Of a DNA stretch of 64,000 bases, positions 35,558-44,442 are shown piece by piece (within the stretch, counting starts at the first letter, position 1; each line of letters begins with the position of its first letter). Under the pieces are notes generated by a model that worked only from the letters and a program-made list of their open reading frames with translations, made no database searches and had not been told where the DNA came from. A program made the translations under genes and the position numbers. The stretch is from a candidate division WOR-3 bacterium (lineage in GTDB: Bacteria; Hydrothermota; Tepidihabitantia; Tepidihabitantales; Tepidihabitantaceae): positions 2,495-66,494 of the forward strand of contig VGIR01000003.1 of NCBI GenBank assembly GCA_016867815.1, given 5' to 3'.

Positions 35558-37583
35558 CAGGGCTCAGGCTAAAGCCCAAGCCCGCGCAGAGAAGGTTTCA
35601 AGCCGCAAGCCTCAAGCTTCAGGCTCAGGCACTGGACCACAAGACCACTTGGCCACTGGACCACTTCCCTCTCTTCTCTACCCCGATTCCCGGCCGTGGA
35701 CGCGGTGGTGGTGGTTCAATGTCGAACTCCGCGAGGAGGATATCAGGGCACAACTCGAATGGGTGAAAGGGAACGGGTTCGGAGGAGTTGAGCTGGCGTT
35801 CATCTATCCTCTGCCCGGGCAGAAGCGCGGGCCGGACTTCCTGAGTCCGGAATGGTCGCGGAAGGTCGCGCACGCCAAGCGTTGCTGCGAGTCATTGGGT
35901 CTGGGTTGCGACTTCACGTTCGGTACCCTGTGGCCGTTCGGGGGAACCTTCGTATCTGAGGCCGACGCATCTCAGAGATACGACGGGCCGTCACCCCAGG
36001 AACTTGGGCGTTCCTGGGAGTTGCCCGAGGAAGGTAGAATACTCAATCACCTTGACCGACAGGCATTCGGCCGGTACGCAGAGCGGATGGGCGGCGCGCT
36101 CCGCGACGCACTCGACGGCACGAAGTCGGCGCTGTTCTGCGACTCATTTGAGGTGGAGACGGAAGGGCTATGGACACCCGGTTTCGACGATCGGTTCCGG
36201 GAGCTGTTCGGGTACGACGTACTGCCGTTCATGCAGAAGATCGACGAGCATCCCGACGTGCGCTACGACTATCGCAAGCTCATCGCCGACTACATTCTGC
36301 GTGAGTTCTACGAACCGTTCACTGAATGCAGCCACAGGCATTATTCATTCACCCGTGTGCAGTGTCATGGTGCGCCATGCGACCTGCTGGCCGCGTACGC
36401 GGCGTCGGACGTGCCCGAGTCGGAAGCTATCCTCTTTGATCCCGAGTTCAGCCGGATTCCGGCCTCTTCGGCCGCGCTGTCAGGCAGGCCGATCGTATCA
36501 GCCGAAGCGTTCACTTGCCTCTACGGTTGGGTTCCGTATCCCGGACCGGGGCAGCAACAGGGCGAGGAGCAGGTTGCCGACTTGAAACTGCTGGCGGACG
36601 CGCTGTTTGCCAACGGCGTGAACCACGTCTTCTGGCATGGGATGCCTTATCAGCAGCAAGCCCCAAGCCACAAGCCGCAAGCAGGAGCCAGGAAGGCGCA
36701 AGCCCAAGCTCAAGCGCAAGCAGTGCAGCGGAACTGGTTCTATGCGAGCGTGCATGTGGGGCCGGATAGCTCCTTTGCGGATGGGTTACTCGATTTCAAT
36801 GCCTACATGGAGAGAGCCTGTGGAGCGATGAGGCTGGGACGACCCTATTCCGACGTGGCCGTGTATCTGCCGCTCGAAGACCAATGGATGAAGGGCGAGG
36901 TGCCAAAGGAACAGCAGAAGCCAAGCGCCAGGTATCATTGGGAGATGCACTGCCTGCGTCCGCCGGCGGAGTTGGCAGGACGGCAGCCGCTCTGGGTGTC
37001 GGCGTCATTCCTGGAGCGGGCATGGGTCGAGGATGGGGTGCTCCGGGTTGGAGACGCACGCTTCAGTCTTCTCTATGTTGACTGTGAGTGGGTTGACGGT
37101 GACGGCCTCCGCCAGGTGGCGCGTCTGGCAAAGGCCGGTTTGCCGGTGTGTCTCAAGCGGCTGCCCAAGAGGCCCGGCAGGGCTGTGGACAAGCGGGCGG
37201 GGAAGGAGTATCAGTCAACCCTGGAGGCGCTGACCAGAACCGACAACGTGAGCAGCGACCTGGGGAGTCTGACGCAGGAGCCACCGCTGTTGTCCGGCCG
37301 CGATGCACCCGACTTCTGGTGCAGGGCAGTTGACGACGAGTTGCTGTTCTTCTTCGGGCATCCGGCCTCGCGTGGTCTGACCTACCCGATGAAGCACGGA
37401 CAGGCAGCTCAGGCGGGGCAGACCGGCAGAGACCTGAAGTTCAACCTCGGCGACAGCAGCCCGGCATTCGAACTATCTGTCGAGTTCGGGCAGTTTGAGT
37501 CCGTGCTGCTTCGCGCATCCCGAACGGGTCGAGTCGAACGCCTCGATCTCAACTACACGCCGTCCTTCCCGTTCACGGGCTGA
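35544..37583 (+). CDS. putative glycoside hydrolase-like protein in rhamnose cluster (start uncertain; contains in-frame heptamer-encoded insertion)
   Basis: 679-aa ORF; N-terminal about 30 aa and an internal segment (APSHKPQAGARKAQAQAQAQAV) are translations of CAAGCC heptamer arrays. Confidence 0.45.
   Translation: MAGSDRAQAKAQARAEKVSSRKPQASGSGTGPQDHLATGPLPSLLYPDSRPWTRWWWFNVELREEDIRAQLEWVKGNGFGGVELAFIYPLPGQKRGPDFLSPEWSRKVAHAKRCCESLGLGCDFTFGTLWPFGGTFVSEADASQRYDGPSPQELGRSWELPEEGRILNHLDRQAFGRYAERMGGALRDALDGTKSALFCDSFEVETEGLWTPGFDDRFRELFGYDVLPFMQKIDEHPDVRYDYRKLIADYILREFYEPFTECSHRHYSFTRVQCHGAPCDLLAAYAASDVPESEAILFDPEFSRIPASSAALSGRPIVSAEAFTCLYGWVPYPGPGQQQGEEQVADLKLLADALFANGVNHVFWHGMPYQQQAPSHKPQAGARKAQAQAQAQAVQRNWFYASVHVGPDSSFADGLLDFNAYMERACGAMRLGRPYSDVAVYLPLEDQWMKGEVPKEQQKPSARYHWEMHCLRPPAELAGRQPLWVSASFLERAWVEDGVLRVGDARFSLLYVDCEWVDGDGLRQVARLAKAGLPVCLKRLPKRPGRAVDKRAGKEYQSTLEALTRTDNVSSDLGSLTQEPPLLSGRDAPDFWCRAVDDELLFFFGHPASRGLTYPMKHGQAAQAGQTGRDLKFNLGDSSPAFELSVEFGQFESVLLRASRTGRVERLDLNYTPSFPFTG
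35560..35635. repeat. CAAGCC-type heptamer array
   Basis: ggctaaagcccaagcccgcgcagagaaggtttcaagccgcaagcctcaagcttcaggctcaggc. Confidence 0.9.
36655..36725. repeat. CAAGCC-type heptamer array in frame inside CDS 35544-37583
   Basis: cagcaagccccaagccacaagccgcaagcaggagccaggaaggcgcaagcccaagctcaagcgcaagcag. Confidence 0.9.
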
Positions 37584-37654
37584 CCGAACCGGCATGCATC
37601 CGGACCCGGGCCCGGCCAGGATTCCGACACCTGCCCGTCATCGAACAAGGCCTC

Positions 37655-37682
37655 TTGACTCCCGGGAGGATGTTGCTACAAT
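37655..37682 (+). promoter_or_regulatory. putative promoter of RRM gene (TTGACT N16 TACAAT) with about 165-nt structured leader
   Basis: ctcTTGACTcccgggaggatgttgcTACAATtatg; hairpin GGTTGCCaaggggaccGGCAACC in leader. Confidence 0.5.
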
Positions 37683-37847
37683 TATGTGTTGGTTGCCAAG
37701 GGGACCGGCAACCAACAAAGAGTAACCAGGTCCCAAGGTTGCTTGTGTAACGTCAGGTGTCTATGAGTCCAAGTCTGTGCTTAGTCCAGACCCGCCCGTA
37801 GCTCCCTTCAACGATTCTCAAGCGCAAACATACGGAGGTCCGTTATA

Positions 37848-38171
37848 ATGGGTACGCGCATATTCGTAGGGAATCTTCCCTTCAGCGCAACCGAGACGCA
37901 GCTCAACGAGCTGTTCAGTCAGCATGGCGAAGTGACTTCGGTCAGCATCGTGAAGGACAAGTTCACGGACAGGTCACGGGGATTTGCGTTCGTCGAGATG
38001 ACCGCTGCCGATGCAGCGACCGCGGCGATTGCAGCCCTCAACTCGTACCAGATGGAAGGCCGGCCGCTTACCGTCAACGTGGCGCGCGAGCGCACCGAAG
38101 GTTCGCGTCCGCCCCGCGGCAACGATCGTCGTTCGCCGCGTAGCGGCGGCTTCTCCGGCAACCGCTGGTAG
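37848..38171 (+). CDS. RNA-binding protein, RRM (RNP-1/RNP-2) type with Gly/Arg-rich tail
   Basis: RNP-2 IFVGNL, RNP-1 RGFAFVEM. Confidence 0.85.
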   Translation: MGTRIFVGNLPFSATETQLNELFSQHGEVTSVSIVKDKFTDRSRGFAFVEMTAADAATAAIAALNSYQMEGRPLTVNVARERTEGSRPPRGNDRRSPRSGGFSGNRW

Positions 38172-38189
38172 AAGACAAGCGTAAGCTTG

Positions 38190-38220
38190 AGGGGCGGGCG
38201 CAAGCCCGCCCTTTGCTTTG
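38190..38220 (+). terminator. rho-independent terminator
   Basis: GGGGCGGGCgcaaGCCCGCCC TTTGCTTTG. Confidence 0.65.
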
Positions 38221-38263
38221 CGGCCCGTTGACTTGCCGGGGCGCGTCTATATCATCACTGCCT

Positions 38264-38791
38264 ATGAGTGAGCGATTCCCCCAGCTTGCCGGACTGAGTC
38301 GTGAAGATCTGGTCGGACTGATTGAGGATGCAGCGAGGAACTGGCTGGCGCACGACGGACTCTGGTTCCAGGCGGTCGAGCACGCCCACGGAATGGATGC
38401 CGCCATCAAGGCCGACACCGAGGCCTGGCGCGGCTTCACGGTCATTGAGGCGAAGCGTATCATGGAGCGGCACGGAATCGCTCCCGGCGGTGGCATTCCG
38501 GCGTTGGTCAAAGCACTGTCGTTGCGTCTCTATGCCTTCCTCAACAAGCAGGATGTGGTCGAGCAGAGCGAGAAACGGGTTGTGTTCCGGATGCTGGATT
38601 GCCGGGTTCAGTCGGCGCGCAAGAGGAAAGGCCTCGCCGATTTTCCCTGCAAGCCGGTCGGGCTGGTGGAGTACGAATGGTTCGCGAAGACGATTGACCC
38701 GAGGATCGAGACGCGCTGCATTTGCTGCCCGCCGGACGGGCACCCGGATGACGTTTGGTGTGCCTGGGAGTTCAGGCTCAAGGCGGAATGA
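38264..38791 (+). CDS. hypothetical protein
   Basis: 176 aa starting MSERFPQLAG; Cys-rich C-terminus (CICCPPDGH); no confident family. Confidence 0.45.
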   Translation: MSERFPQLAGLSREDLVGLIEDAARNWLAHDGLWFQAVEHAHGMDAAIKADTEAWRGFTVIEAKRIMERHGIAPGGGIPALVKALSLRLYAFLNKQDVVEQSEKRVVFRMLDCRVQSARKRKGLADFPCKPVGLVEYEWFAKTIDPRIETRCICCPPDGHPDDVWCAWEFRLKAE

Positions 38792-38826
38792 CGAAGGACG
38801 AAGTCCGAATGACGAATGACCGAAAG
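38786..38826. repeat. GACGAAG/GACGAAT heptamer array
   Basis: gaatgacgaaggacgaagtccgaatgacgaatgaccgaaag. Confidence 0.85.
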
Positions 38827-38835
38827 CAGACGATG

Positions 38836-39504
38836 CGCGACACGCCGGTGCACGAGCGGCCGAGGGAGAGGCTCGTGAAGGTCGGAGCTGCGAACCTCTC
38901 CGAGGTAGAACTGCTTTCCATCATCATCAGCCGCGGCACCAGGGGAATGCCTGTCCGGGACATCGCCCAACAGCTCGTGAACCAGTTCCACTCCGTGGCC
39001 GACGTCGGACGAGCGAGTGTTGAGGAACTAGTCCGGGTTCCGGGCATCGGCAAGGCCAAGGCGTGCCAGATAGTCGCCGCATTCGAACTGGCCCGACGCA
39101 GTGACGATACTCCCTGCGTCAAGGAACGGGCCGACCTGTCCGACCCGAAGGACGTAGCGAGGCGGGCGCGATTGAGCATCAGGGAATGGCGGAAAGAGTG
39201 TTTCCTGACTTTCTATGTCGACTCGCGGAACCGGCACATAGGTGATGCCGAGGTCTCGGTCGGCAGTCTCGATACTACGCTTGCCCATCCTCGTGAGGTC
39301 TTCGAACGGGCGATCCGGGCCGGGGCAGCGGGAGTCATCGTTGTCCATAACCATCCGTCCGGCGATCCGACGCCCTCCGACGACGATATCCGGCTCACTC
39401 GCCGTCTAACTGAGGCGGGGAAGATACTGGGCATCCGGTTGCTCGATCACGTGGTGCTCTCCCGGGACAGCCACTACAGTTTCCGCAGCCACGCGCTGGT
39501 GTGA
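38836..39504 (+). CDS. radC: RadC-family JAB-domain protein (UPF0758)
   Basis: HERPRERL N-terminus, helix-hairpin-helix region, JAMM motif HNHPSGDPTPS; start could be 38788/38809. Confidence 0.75.
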   Translation, partial: RDTPVHERPRERLVKVGAANLSEVELLSIIISRGTRGMPVRDIAQQLVNQFHSVADVGRASVEELVRVPGIGKAKACQIVAAFELARRSDDTPCVKERADLSDPKDVARRARLSIREWRKECFLTFYVDSRNRHIGDAEVSVGSLDTTLAHPREVFERAIRAGAAGVIVVHNHPSGDPTPSDDDIRLTRRLTEAGKILGIRLLDHVVLSRDSHYSFRSHALV

Positions 39505-39540
39505 GGATTGGGCAGGGGGGCTAGGGACTCGCGACCAGGG

Positions 39541-40344
39541 ATGGACGATATCCGACGACAGCCGTCCGCTTGCAGCACGGCGATCGACAAGGTAGGGGTC
39601 AAGAACCTCAGCTACCCGATTGTGCTGCTGGACAAGGCGCACCGCAAGCAACATACGGTTGCCCGCATCAGCATGTACGTCGATCTGCCGCGAGAGCACC
39701 GCGGTACTTACATGGGGCGCTTCGTCGAAGTACTCAGTCGGTACCATCGAGAGATTGACCTCCATCGGGTGGGCGCGATCCTGCGCGACATGCGTAAGGA
39801 ACTCGAGGCCGACTCGGCGCACCTGGAGATGGAGTTCCCCTACTTCGTCGAGAAGGCGGCGCCCGTCTCAAAGGCGCGCGGGTTGATGGACTACCGGTGC
39901 TGGGTCGTGGCCGAGCTGCGGGACCGGTTTCGCCTGCGGCTCGGGGTAGCGGTCCCGGTCGCGACGCTCTGTCCCTGTTCCAAGGAGATGGTAGAGACGG
40001 GTGCGCACAATCAGCGGGCGGAAATCCGCGTCGCGGTAGAGTTCCGGGAGTTCCTCTGGCTCGAGGACCTGATCGATCTGGTCGAGGACTGTGGTTCGAG
40101 CGAAGTCTACTCGCGGCTCGAGCGGGAAGACGAGAAACACCTGACGGCCCGGGCGCTTGAGAACCCGGCTTTCGTCGAGGACGTCGTCCGGAAGGTGGCG
40201 AAGCGGCTGGACGAGCATCCGCTCGTGACCGGCTACGAGGTCGCGGTAGAGAGCTTCGAATCCATCCATCATCACGATGCATATGCGTACATCTGCCGGC
40301 TCCCGGATGCAGTAGAAGGGGGCAGGACTGGAGGTGGACAATGA
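39541..40344 (+). CDS. folE2: GTP cyclohydrolase FolE2/MptA family
   Basis: KVGVKNLSYPIVL and conserved Cys/His/Glu blocks (CPCSKEM) typical of FolE2. Confidence 0.7.
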   Translation: MDDIRRQPSACSTAIDKVGVKNLSYPIVLLDKAHRKQHTVARISMYVDLPREHRGTYMGRFVEVLSRYHREIDLHRVGAILRDMRKELEADSAHLEMEFPYFVEKAAPVSKARGLMDYRCWVVAELRDRFRLRLGVAVPVATLCPCSKEMVETGAHNQRAEIRVAVEFREFLWLEDLIDLVEDCGSSEVYSRLEREDEKHLTARALENPAFVEDVVRKVAKRLDEHPLVTGYEVAVESFESIHHHDAYAYICRLPDAVEGGRTGGGQ

Positions 40345-40964
40345 GAACACTGGTTGTGAACTGCTATCGCGACAAGGCTGAGGAGAAGATCAAGGGCTAC
40401 GTCGCCCAGGCGGAACGCTTCTCCGAAGCTTTCGAGGTGCCGTGGGGAGTGCTGGAACCGGCGTACGACCTGGATATCTACTCGGCGGTGATCTTCTCCG
40501 GTTCCCAGTGGCTGCTCTCGGTCGAAGCCCCGCCGGCGCCGCTGGTCGAGTTCGTTCGTGACCTGAACGTACCCGCCCTCGGGATCTGCTTCGGTCACCA
40601 ACTGTTCGCCCGAGCTTTCGGTACGCCGGTCTTGCCGGGCGACCTGATAGAGAGAAACGAGACCATCATCATCACCGAGCCGGGCCCGCTGTTTCACCAT
40701 ATGGGACCGGAGATGGAGTTCCTGGAGAGTCATCGCGAGTATGTCGTGCCTGAGCCGATTGAGCGGGCAGGTTGGCATGTCACGGCCCGGTCAGCATCGT
40801 GCCCGGTCGAGGCGATGCATCATCCGACCCGGCCGCTGTACGGTGTGCAGTTCCACCCGGAGCGTTCCGGGGTCAATGGCGAGCAGTTGTTCGACAACTT
40901 CTACAACCAGATTGTCATCCCGTTCGTCAAGGGGAAGTACCAGCATCCGCACGGCCGAACCTAG
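40341..40964 (+). CDS. class I glutamine amidotransferase-like protein
   Basis: GICFGHQ nucleophile elbow and LYGVQFHPE His/Glu motif. Confidence 0.75.
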   Translation: MRTLVVNCYRDKAEEKIKGYVAQAERFSEAFEVPWGVLEPAYDLDIYSAVIFSGSQWLLSVEAPPAPLVEFVRDLNVPALGICFGHQLFARAFGTPVLPGDLIERNETIIITEPGPLFHHMGPEMEFLESHREYVVPEPIERAGWHVTARSASCPVEAMHHPTRPLYGVQFHPERSGVNGEQLFDNFYNQIVIPFVKGKYQHPHGRT

Positions 40965-40991
40965 CGCCGGCGTTCGCCGGTTCGATTCAGG

Positions 40992-42095
40992 CTACAGCCG
41001 GTAGAACTCGAAGCTCGGACCGCGGTCGCGTGAGTACCTGAAACGCAGTGCCCCGGTTCCTTTGCCGTCGAGGTCAGTGAGGATGCCGCCACTCGGGCTG
41101 TACCAGTTGTGGTCGCTGTCCGACCAGAGCACGCGATGCTCGTACGCGGAGTCCCGCGAGAAGATGAAGTACTCCCCCTGCCACACGTAGTCCTGCTGGA
41201 CCATGCCGCCCAGGACGGCAGTCACCCCGCTGACCCTAGCGAAGTCGCAGCCAACCGCTGAGTGCATGGGGTTGCTGTCTCTGACTTTCCGCTGAATCCT
41301 GCCGTCACGGACCACGAACTTCCCAATCTCGCGCAGGCCGCTGGGAGTCCAGTACATCTCATTGTAGGTACAGGCCCTGACATCGGACCTGCCTTCTTCC
41401 ACCAGCAACACTGAATGCCCTGAATTCGATGGGTCGAGCACGCCCACCATCTTGTCAATTGGCGTCGCCCACGAAGGGCCTCCCAGCCCGAGCGCTCCAT
41501 GGTCATTCCAGATCTGAGCGAGGTCCTTGCCAATCCAGCGGCAGACAGACAGCGTGACGGGATGATCGACCCCGTCGGGTTCGAACGCAGGAAGGCTCCG
41601 TACTCCAGCGAGCAGAACTTCGTTGATGGCATCGCGGTCCACATCACCGATGGAGACGTCAAAGCACCACCCGGGACGGCGACCCGAATCAGGCCTCAAT
41701 GTCGCTTCAGCGGTCAGGGCGAACGTGCCTCTGACTAGTTCGTACTTCCGCAACGATCGGCTGCCGGCAACCACGATTTCGTCCAGCCCGTCGCTATCCA
41801 CGTCTCCGGCAGTGACTATGCTGCCCGTGCTCAGCGGTGAACCGCCGTCCGGGGCTGCGATCGGCGCGGGCAGCGGTAGGCTGCATTGAGGCACAAAGCC
41901 TCCGTGCTGGAACGCGAAGGCCACGAGCATCCCGCCGCGCGAGGCCAGCAGGTGTTGACCGCCGGCAGAATCCAGCCGCGCGGCGAATCCAGTCTCGACC
42001 CCGGCGGGCAGCCTACCCGCGAAGGTCGGTGCGGGAAGTGACGCTTCAGTCGCGAACCCGAGCAGAACAAAGGCGAAGACCAGCAGAATCATCAC
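40992..42095 (-). CDS. secreted FG-GAP/VCBS repeat protein
   Basis: signal peptide; GDVDSDGLDEIVVAG and GDVDRDAINEVLLAG repeats. Confidence 0.55.
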   Translation of the reverse strand: MMILLVFAFVLLGFATEASLPAPTFAGRLPAGVETGFAARLDSAGGQHLLASRGGMLVAFAFQHGGFVPQCSLPLPAPIAAPDGGSPLSTGSIVTAGDVDSDGLDEIVVAGSRSLRKYELVRGTFALTAEATLRPDSGRRPGWCFDVSIGDVDRDAINEVLLAGVRSLPAFEPDGVDHPVTLSVCRWIGKDLAQIWNDHGALGLGGPSWATPIDKMVGVLDPSNSGHSVLLVEEGRSDVRACTYNEMYWTPSGLREIGKFVVRDGRIQRKVRDSNPMHSAVGCDFARVSGVTAVLGGMVQQDYVWQGEYFIFSRDSAYEHRVLWSDSDHNWYSPSGGILTDLDGKGTGALRFRYSRDRGPSFEFYRL

Positions 42096-42201
42096 GATCC
42101 AGTGTGCATCAGTACAGCCCGTTTGTCAAGTGTCCACGGTCGCGCACACGTCCGCGCCCCGAGCCCCGTGCGGGCAGCTGGCTACCTAGTCTAGCAGGGA
42201 A

Positions 42202-44442
42202 TTAGAACGTGCGTCCGACCTGGAAGTGCGGCTCCCAGCCCGGGTTCTCTTTGTCGAATCCGTAGCCGAAGTCGAATCCGATAAGCCCGAGCATGGGGAT
42301 TTCCAGTCTGACTCCGACTCCGGCGCCGCGCTTGAGATCAGAGAGGCTGAACTGGTCGATCGAGTTCCAGGCGTTGCCGGCATCGGCGAACGCGAGGAAG
42401 GAGAGCTGCCGAGACACCCGGAGTTTGTACTCGAGCGAGAAGATGGCTTCGGCCCGGCCGCCGATGGCGTAGCCTGACGACTTCGGGCCAATCGATTTCT
42501 CGCCGTAGCCGCGGACGCCGTCCACGCCGGTGCCCCCGGGCGTGAAGCGCTCGTAGATCGGGATTCTGTCCGCGGCTGTGAAACCGGTGATGTAACCGAG
42601 CCGGGTCCGACCCATCAGGCCGAACTTCCAGAACAGAGGGAAGTACTGGCTCATGTCGAAGACATGGCGGTGGAAGCTGATGTCGCCAACCGAAAAGTCG
42701 AACTGGTAGGTGGTGGACGAGCCGGTCAGTGCGTTGTAGATGTAGTCGCGCGAGTCCCGCGTGAAGGTCAGGCTCGGCCTGAATGCCGTCTTGTGCGTTG
42801 TGTCTCCGTAGATGCTGAACAGCGTGTCGGTCGGGTTGTACCCCGACTTGATTGACGTGGGCGGGACGTAGGCATCGATGACGCGCAGAGCAAGGTAGGC
42901 TCGCGTGTAGTCAAGCGGGAGCGGCCGCGAGAAGGAGAGACCGCCTCCGAGTTGCTGCTTGTCGTAGTAGTCATAGGTGTAGGTGTAGTACGAGATGTCG
43001 GCACCGGCCGACATCGGCCGGTCGAACAGCCAGGGCTCAGTGAAACCCAGCTGGACGTTGGTCTTCTTGCTGCCTCTCTCGAGCTTGACGTTTGCGTTCT
43101 GGCCCCGACCGAAGAGGTTGGGTTGCTGGAGCTCAACGTAGCCGGTGACACCATCGGTTGCCGAGTACGTGATACCGGCGCCGACGGTGCCAAAGAATGA
43201 TTTCTCTTTCACCTTGTACACGAGGTCGATTGTGCCGGCCGTGTCGGCGCGGCGGTAGTCGATGGTGACGTCATCGAAGAACCCGAGATTGAAGATGTCG
43301 CGCTGCGAGCGCATCACCTCGGAGCGGCGGAAGGTGTAGCCGGGCAAAGAGCTGACTTCGCGGCGGATGACATTGTCGTGGGTCTGCTCGTTGCCCTCGA
43401 TGCTGACCAGGCGGATGGTCGCCGGCGCGCCTTCGCTGATCTGGTAGGTGATGTCGACGGTGTCGGAGCGCACGTTCTCCACCGGCGAGACCTGCGTGTA
43501 GATGTAGCCTTCCTCGGAGTAGGCTCCGAACAGGTCCTGCAGAGTTGATTGGGCAAGCTTGGTGTTGTAGGGCTCGCCGGAACGGTAGCGGACGAGCTTG
43601 CGCAGGTCCGCTTCTTTCATCACGGAGTCGCCTTCGATGGCCACGTTGCCGAAGTAGTAGCGTGTGCCTTCGGAGACGCTGATCGTGATGCTGGCCCATC
43701 CCTGATCGAATTTCATGTCGTAGTCAAGGACCTTGGCGTCGATGAATCCGCGCTGCTTGTAGAAATCGACGATGCGGTCAAGGTCTTTGACGAACTCGTC
43801 TTCCTTCAGGTTCGCCTTGCGGTACCAGCGCTTCTGACGGTTGGTGAGCTTGATCTCCAACTGTTCATCCGTGAAGTAGTCGTTGCCCTCGATCTCGATG
43901 TTGCGGATTCGGACCGGGTCGCCCTCATCGATCTTGTAGGTCAGCGTCACCTGGTTGAGGGCATCGGGTTGGGCAGTTTCGTTTGCCACCCTGACGAGCA
44001 GGAAGCCCTTCTCTTTGTACAGCTTCAGGATTTCCTGCTCCCAATCGAACACCTTCTTGTCGGTGAGGATCTCTCCTTCCTTGGCCTTGACCTTGGCGTC
44101 GAGGTCCTTTCTGCGGACGCGGCGGAATCCTTCGTAGTCGACCGACTTTAGTTTCGGGAATTCGGTGGCGACAAAGGTGACGCGGACGCCGTCCGCGACC
44201 CTCGAAGTCTCGGCTTCGACCTGGGAGAAAAGCCCGAGGCCGTAGACCCTGCGGATCGCGTCCTCGAGGTTGGTTCGCAGGGCGTTCGCGGTCAGGGCCT
44301 GGCCGCGGCTGAGACCCGCCGTACGGACGATGAGCAGGGTGTCAGCGGTGGCGGCCCGCGCGGAAACGCCAATCAGGATAACCTTGCTGGTGTCAGGCTG
44401 CCCCGGCTGGGCCAGCAACAGGGCGGCGAGCAGCGCTATCAC
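42202..44442 (-). CDS. bamA: outer membrane protein assembly factor BamA
   Basis: 746 aa; multiple POTRA domains followed by Omp85 beta-barrel ending ...QVGRTF. Confidence 0.85.
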   Translation of the reverse strand: MIALLAALLLAQPGQPDTSKVILIGVSARAATADTLLIVRTAGLSRGQALTANALRTNLEDAIRRVYGLGLFSQVEAETSRVADGVRVTFVATEFPKLKSVDYEGFRRVRRKDLDAKVKAKEGEILTDKKVFDWEQEILKLYKEKGFLLVRVANETAQPDALNQVTLTYKIDEGDPVRIRNIEIEGNDYFTDEQLEIKLTNRQKRWYRKANLKEDEFVKDLDRIVDFYKQRGFIDAKVLDYDMKFDQGWASITISVSEGTRYYFGNVAIEGDSVMKEADLRKLVRYRSGEPYNTKLAQSTLQDLFGAYSEEGYIYTQVSPVENVRSDTVDITYQISEGAPATIRLVSIEGNEQTHDNVIRREVSSLPGYTFRRSEVMRSQRDIFNLGFFDDVTIDYRRADTAGTIDLVYKVKEKSFFGTVGAGITYSATDGVTGYVELQQPNLFGRGQNANVKLERGSKKTNVQLGFTEPWLFDRPMSAGADISYYTYTYDYYDKQQLGGGLSFSRPLPLDYTRAYLALRVIDAYVPPTSIKSGYNPTDTLFSIYGDTTHKTAFRPSLTFTRDSRDYIYNALTGSSTTYQFDFSVGDISFHRHVFDMSQYFPLFWKFGLMGRTRLGYITGFTAADRIPIYERFTPGGTGVDGVRGYGEKSIGPKSSGYAIGGRAEAIFSLEYKLRVSRQLSFLAFADAGNAWNSIDQFSLSDLKRGAGVGVRLEIPMLGLIGFDFGYGFDKENPGWEPHFQVGRTF

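Noticed and set aside
35544-35640. Confident N-terminus for the glycoside-hydrolase-like protein
   Set aside because: The first ~30 codons are a translated heptamer array and the CDS overlaps rhaA by 14 nt. The real start may be an internal GTG/TTG; left flagged as uncertain.
40965-40995. tRNA-like T-loop motif GGTTCGATTC in the 27-nt spacer between the GATase and FG-GAP genes
   Set aside because: The flanking bases do not form a T-stem or acceptor stem and the spacer is too short for a tRNA. No convincing tRNA or rRNA genes were found by eye anywhere in the window; a tRNAscan/Infernal run should confirm this.
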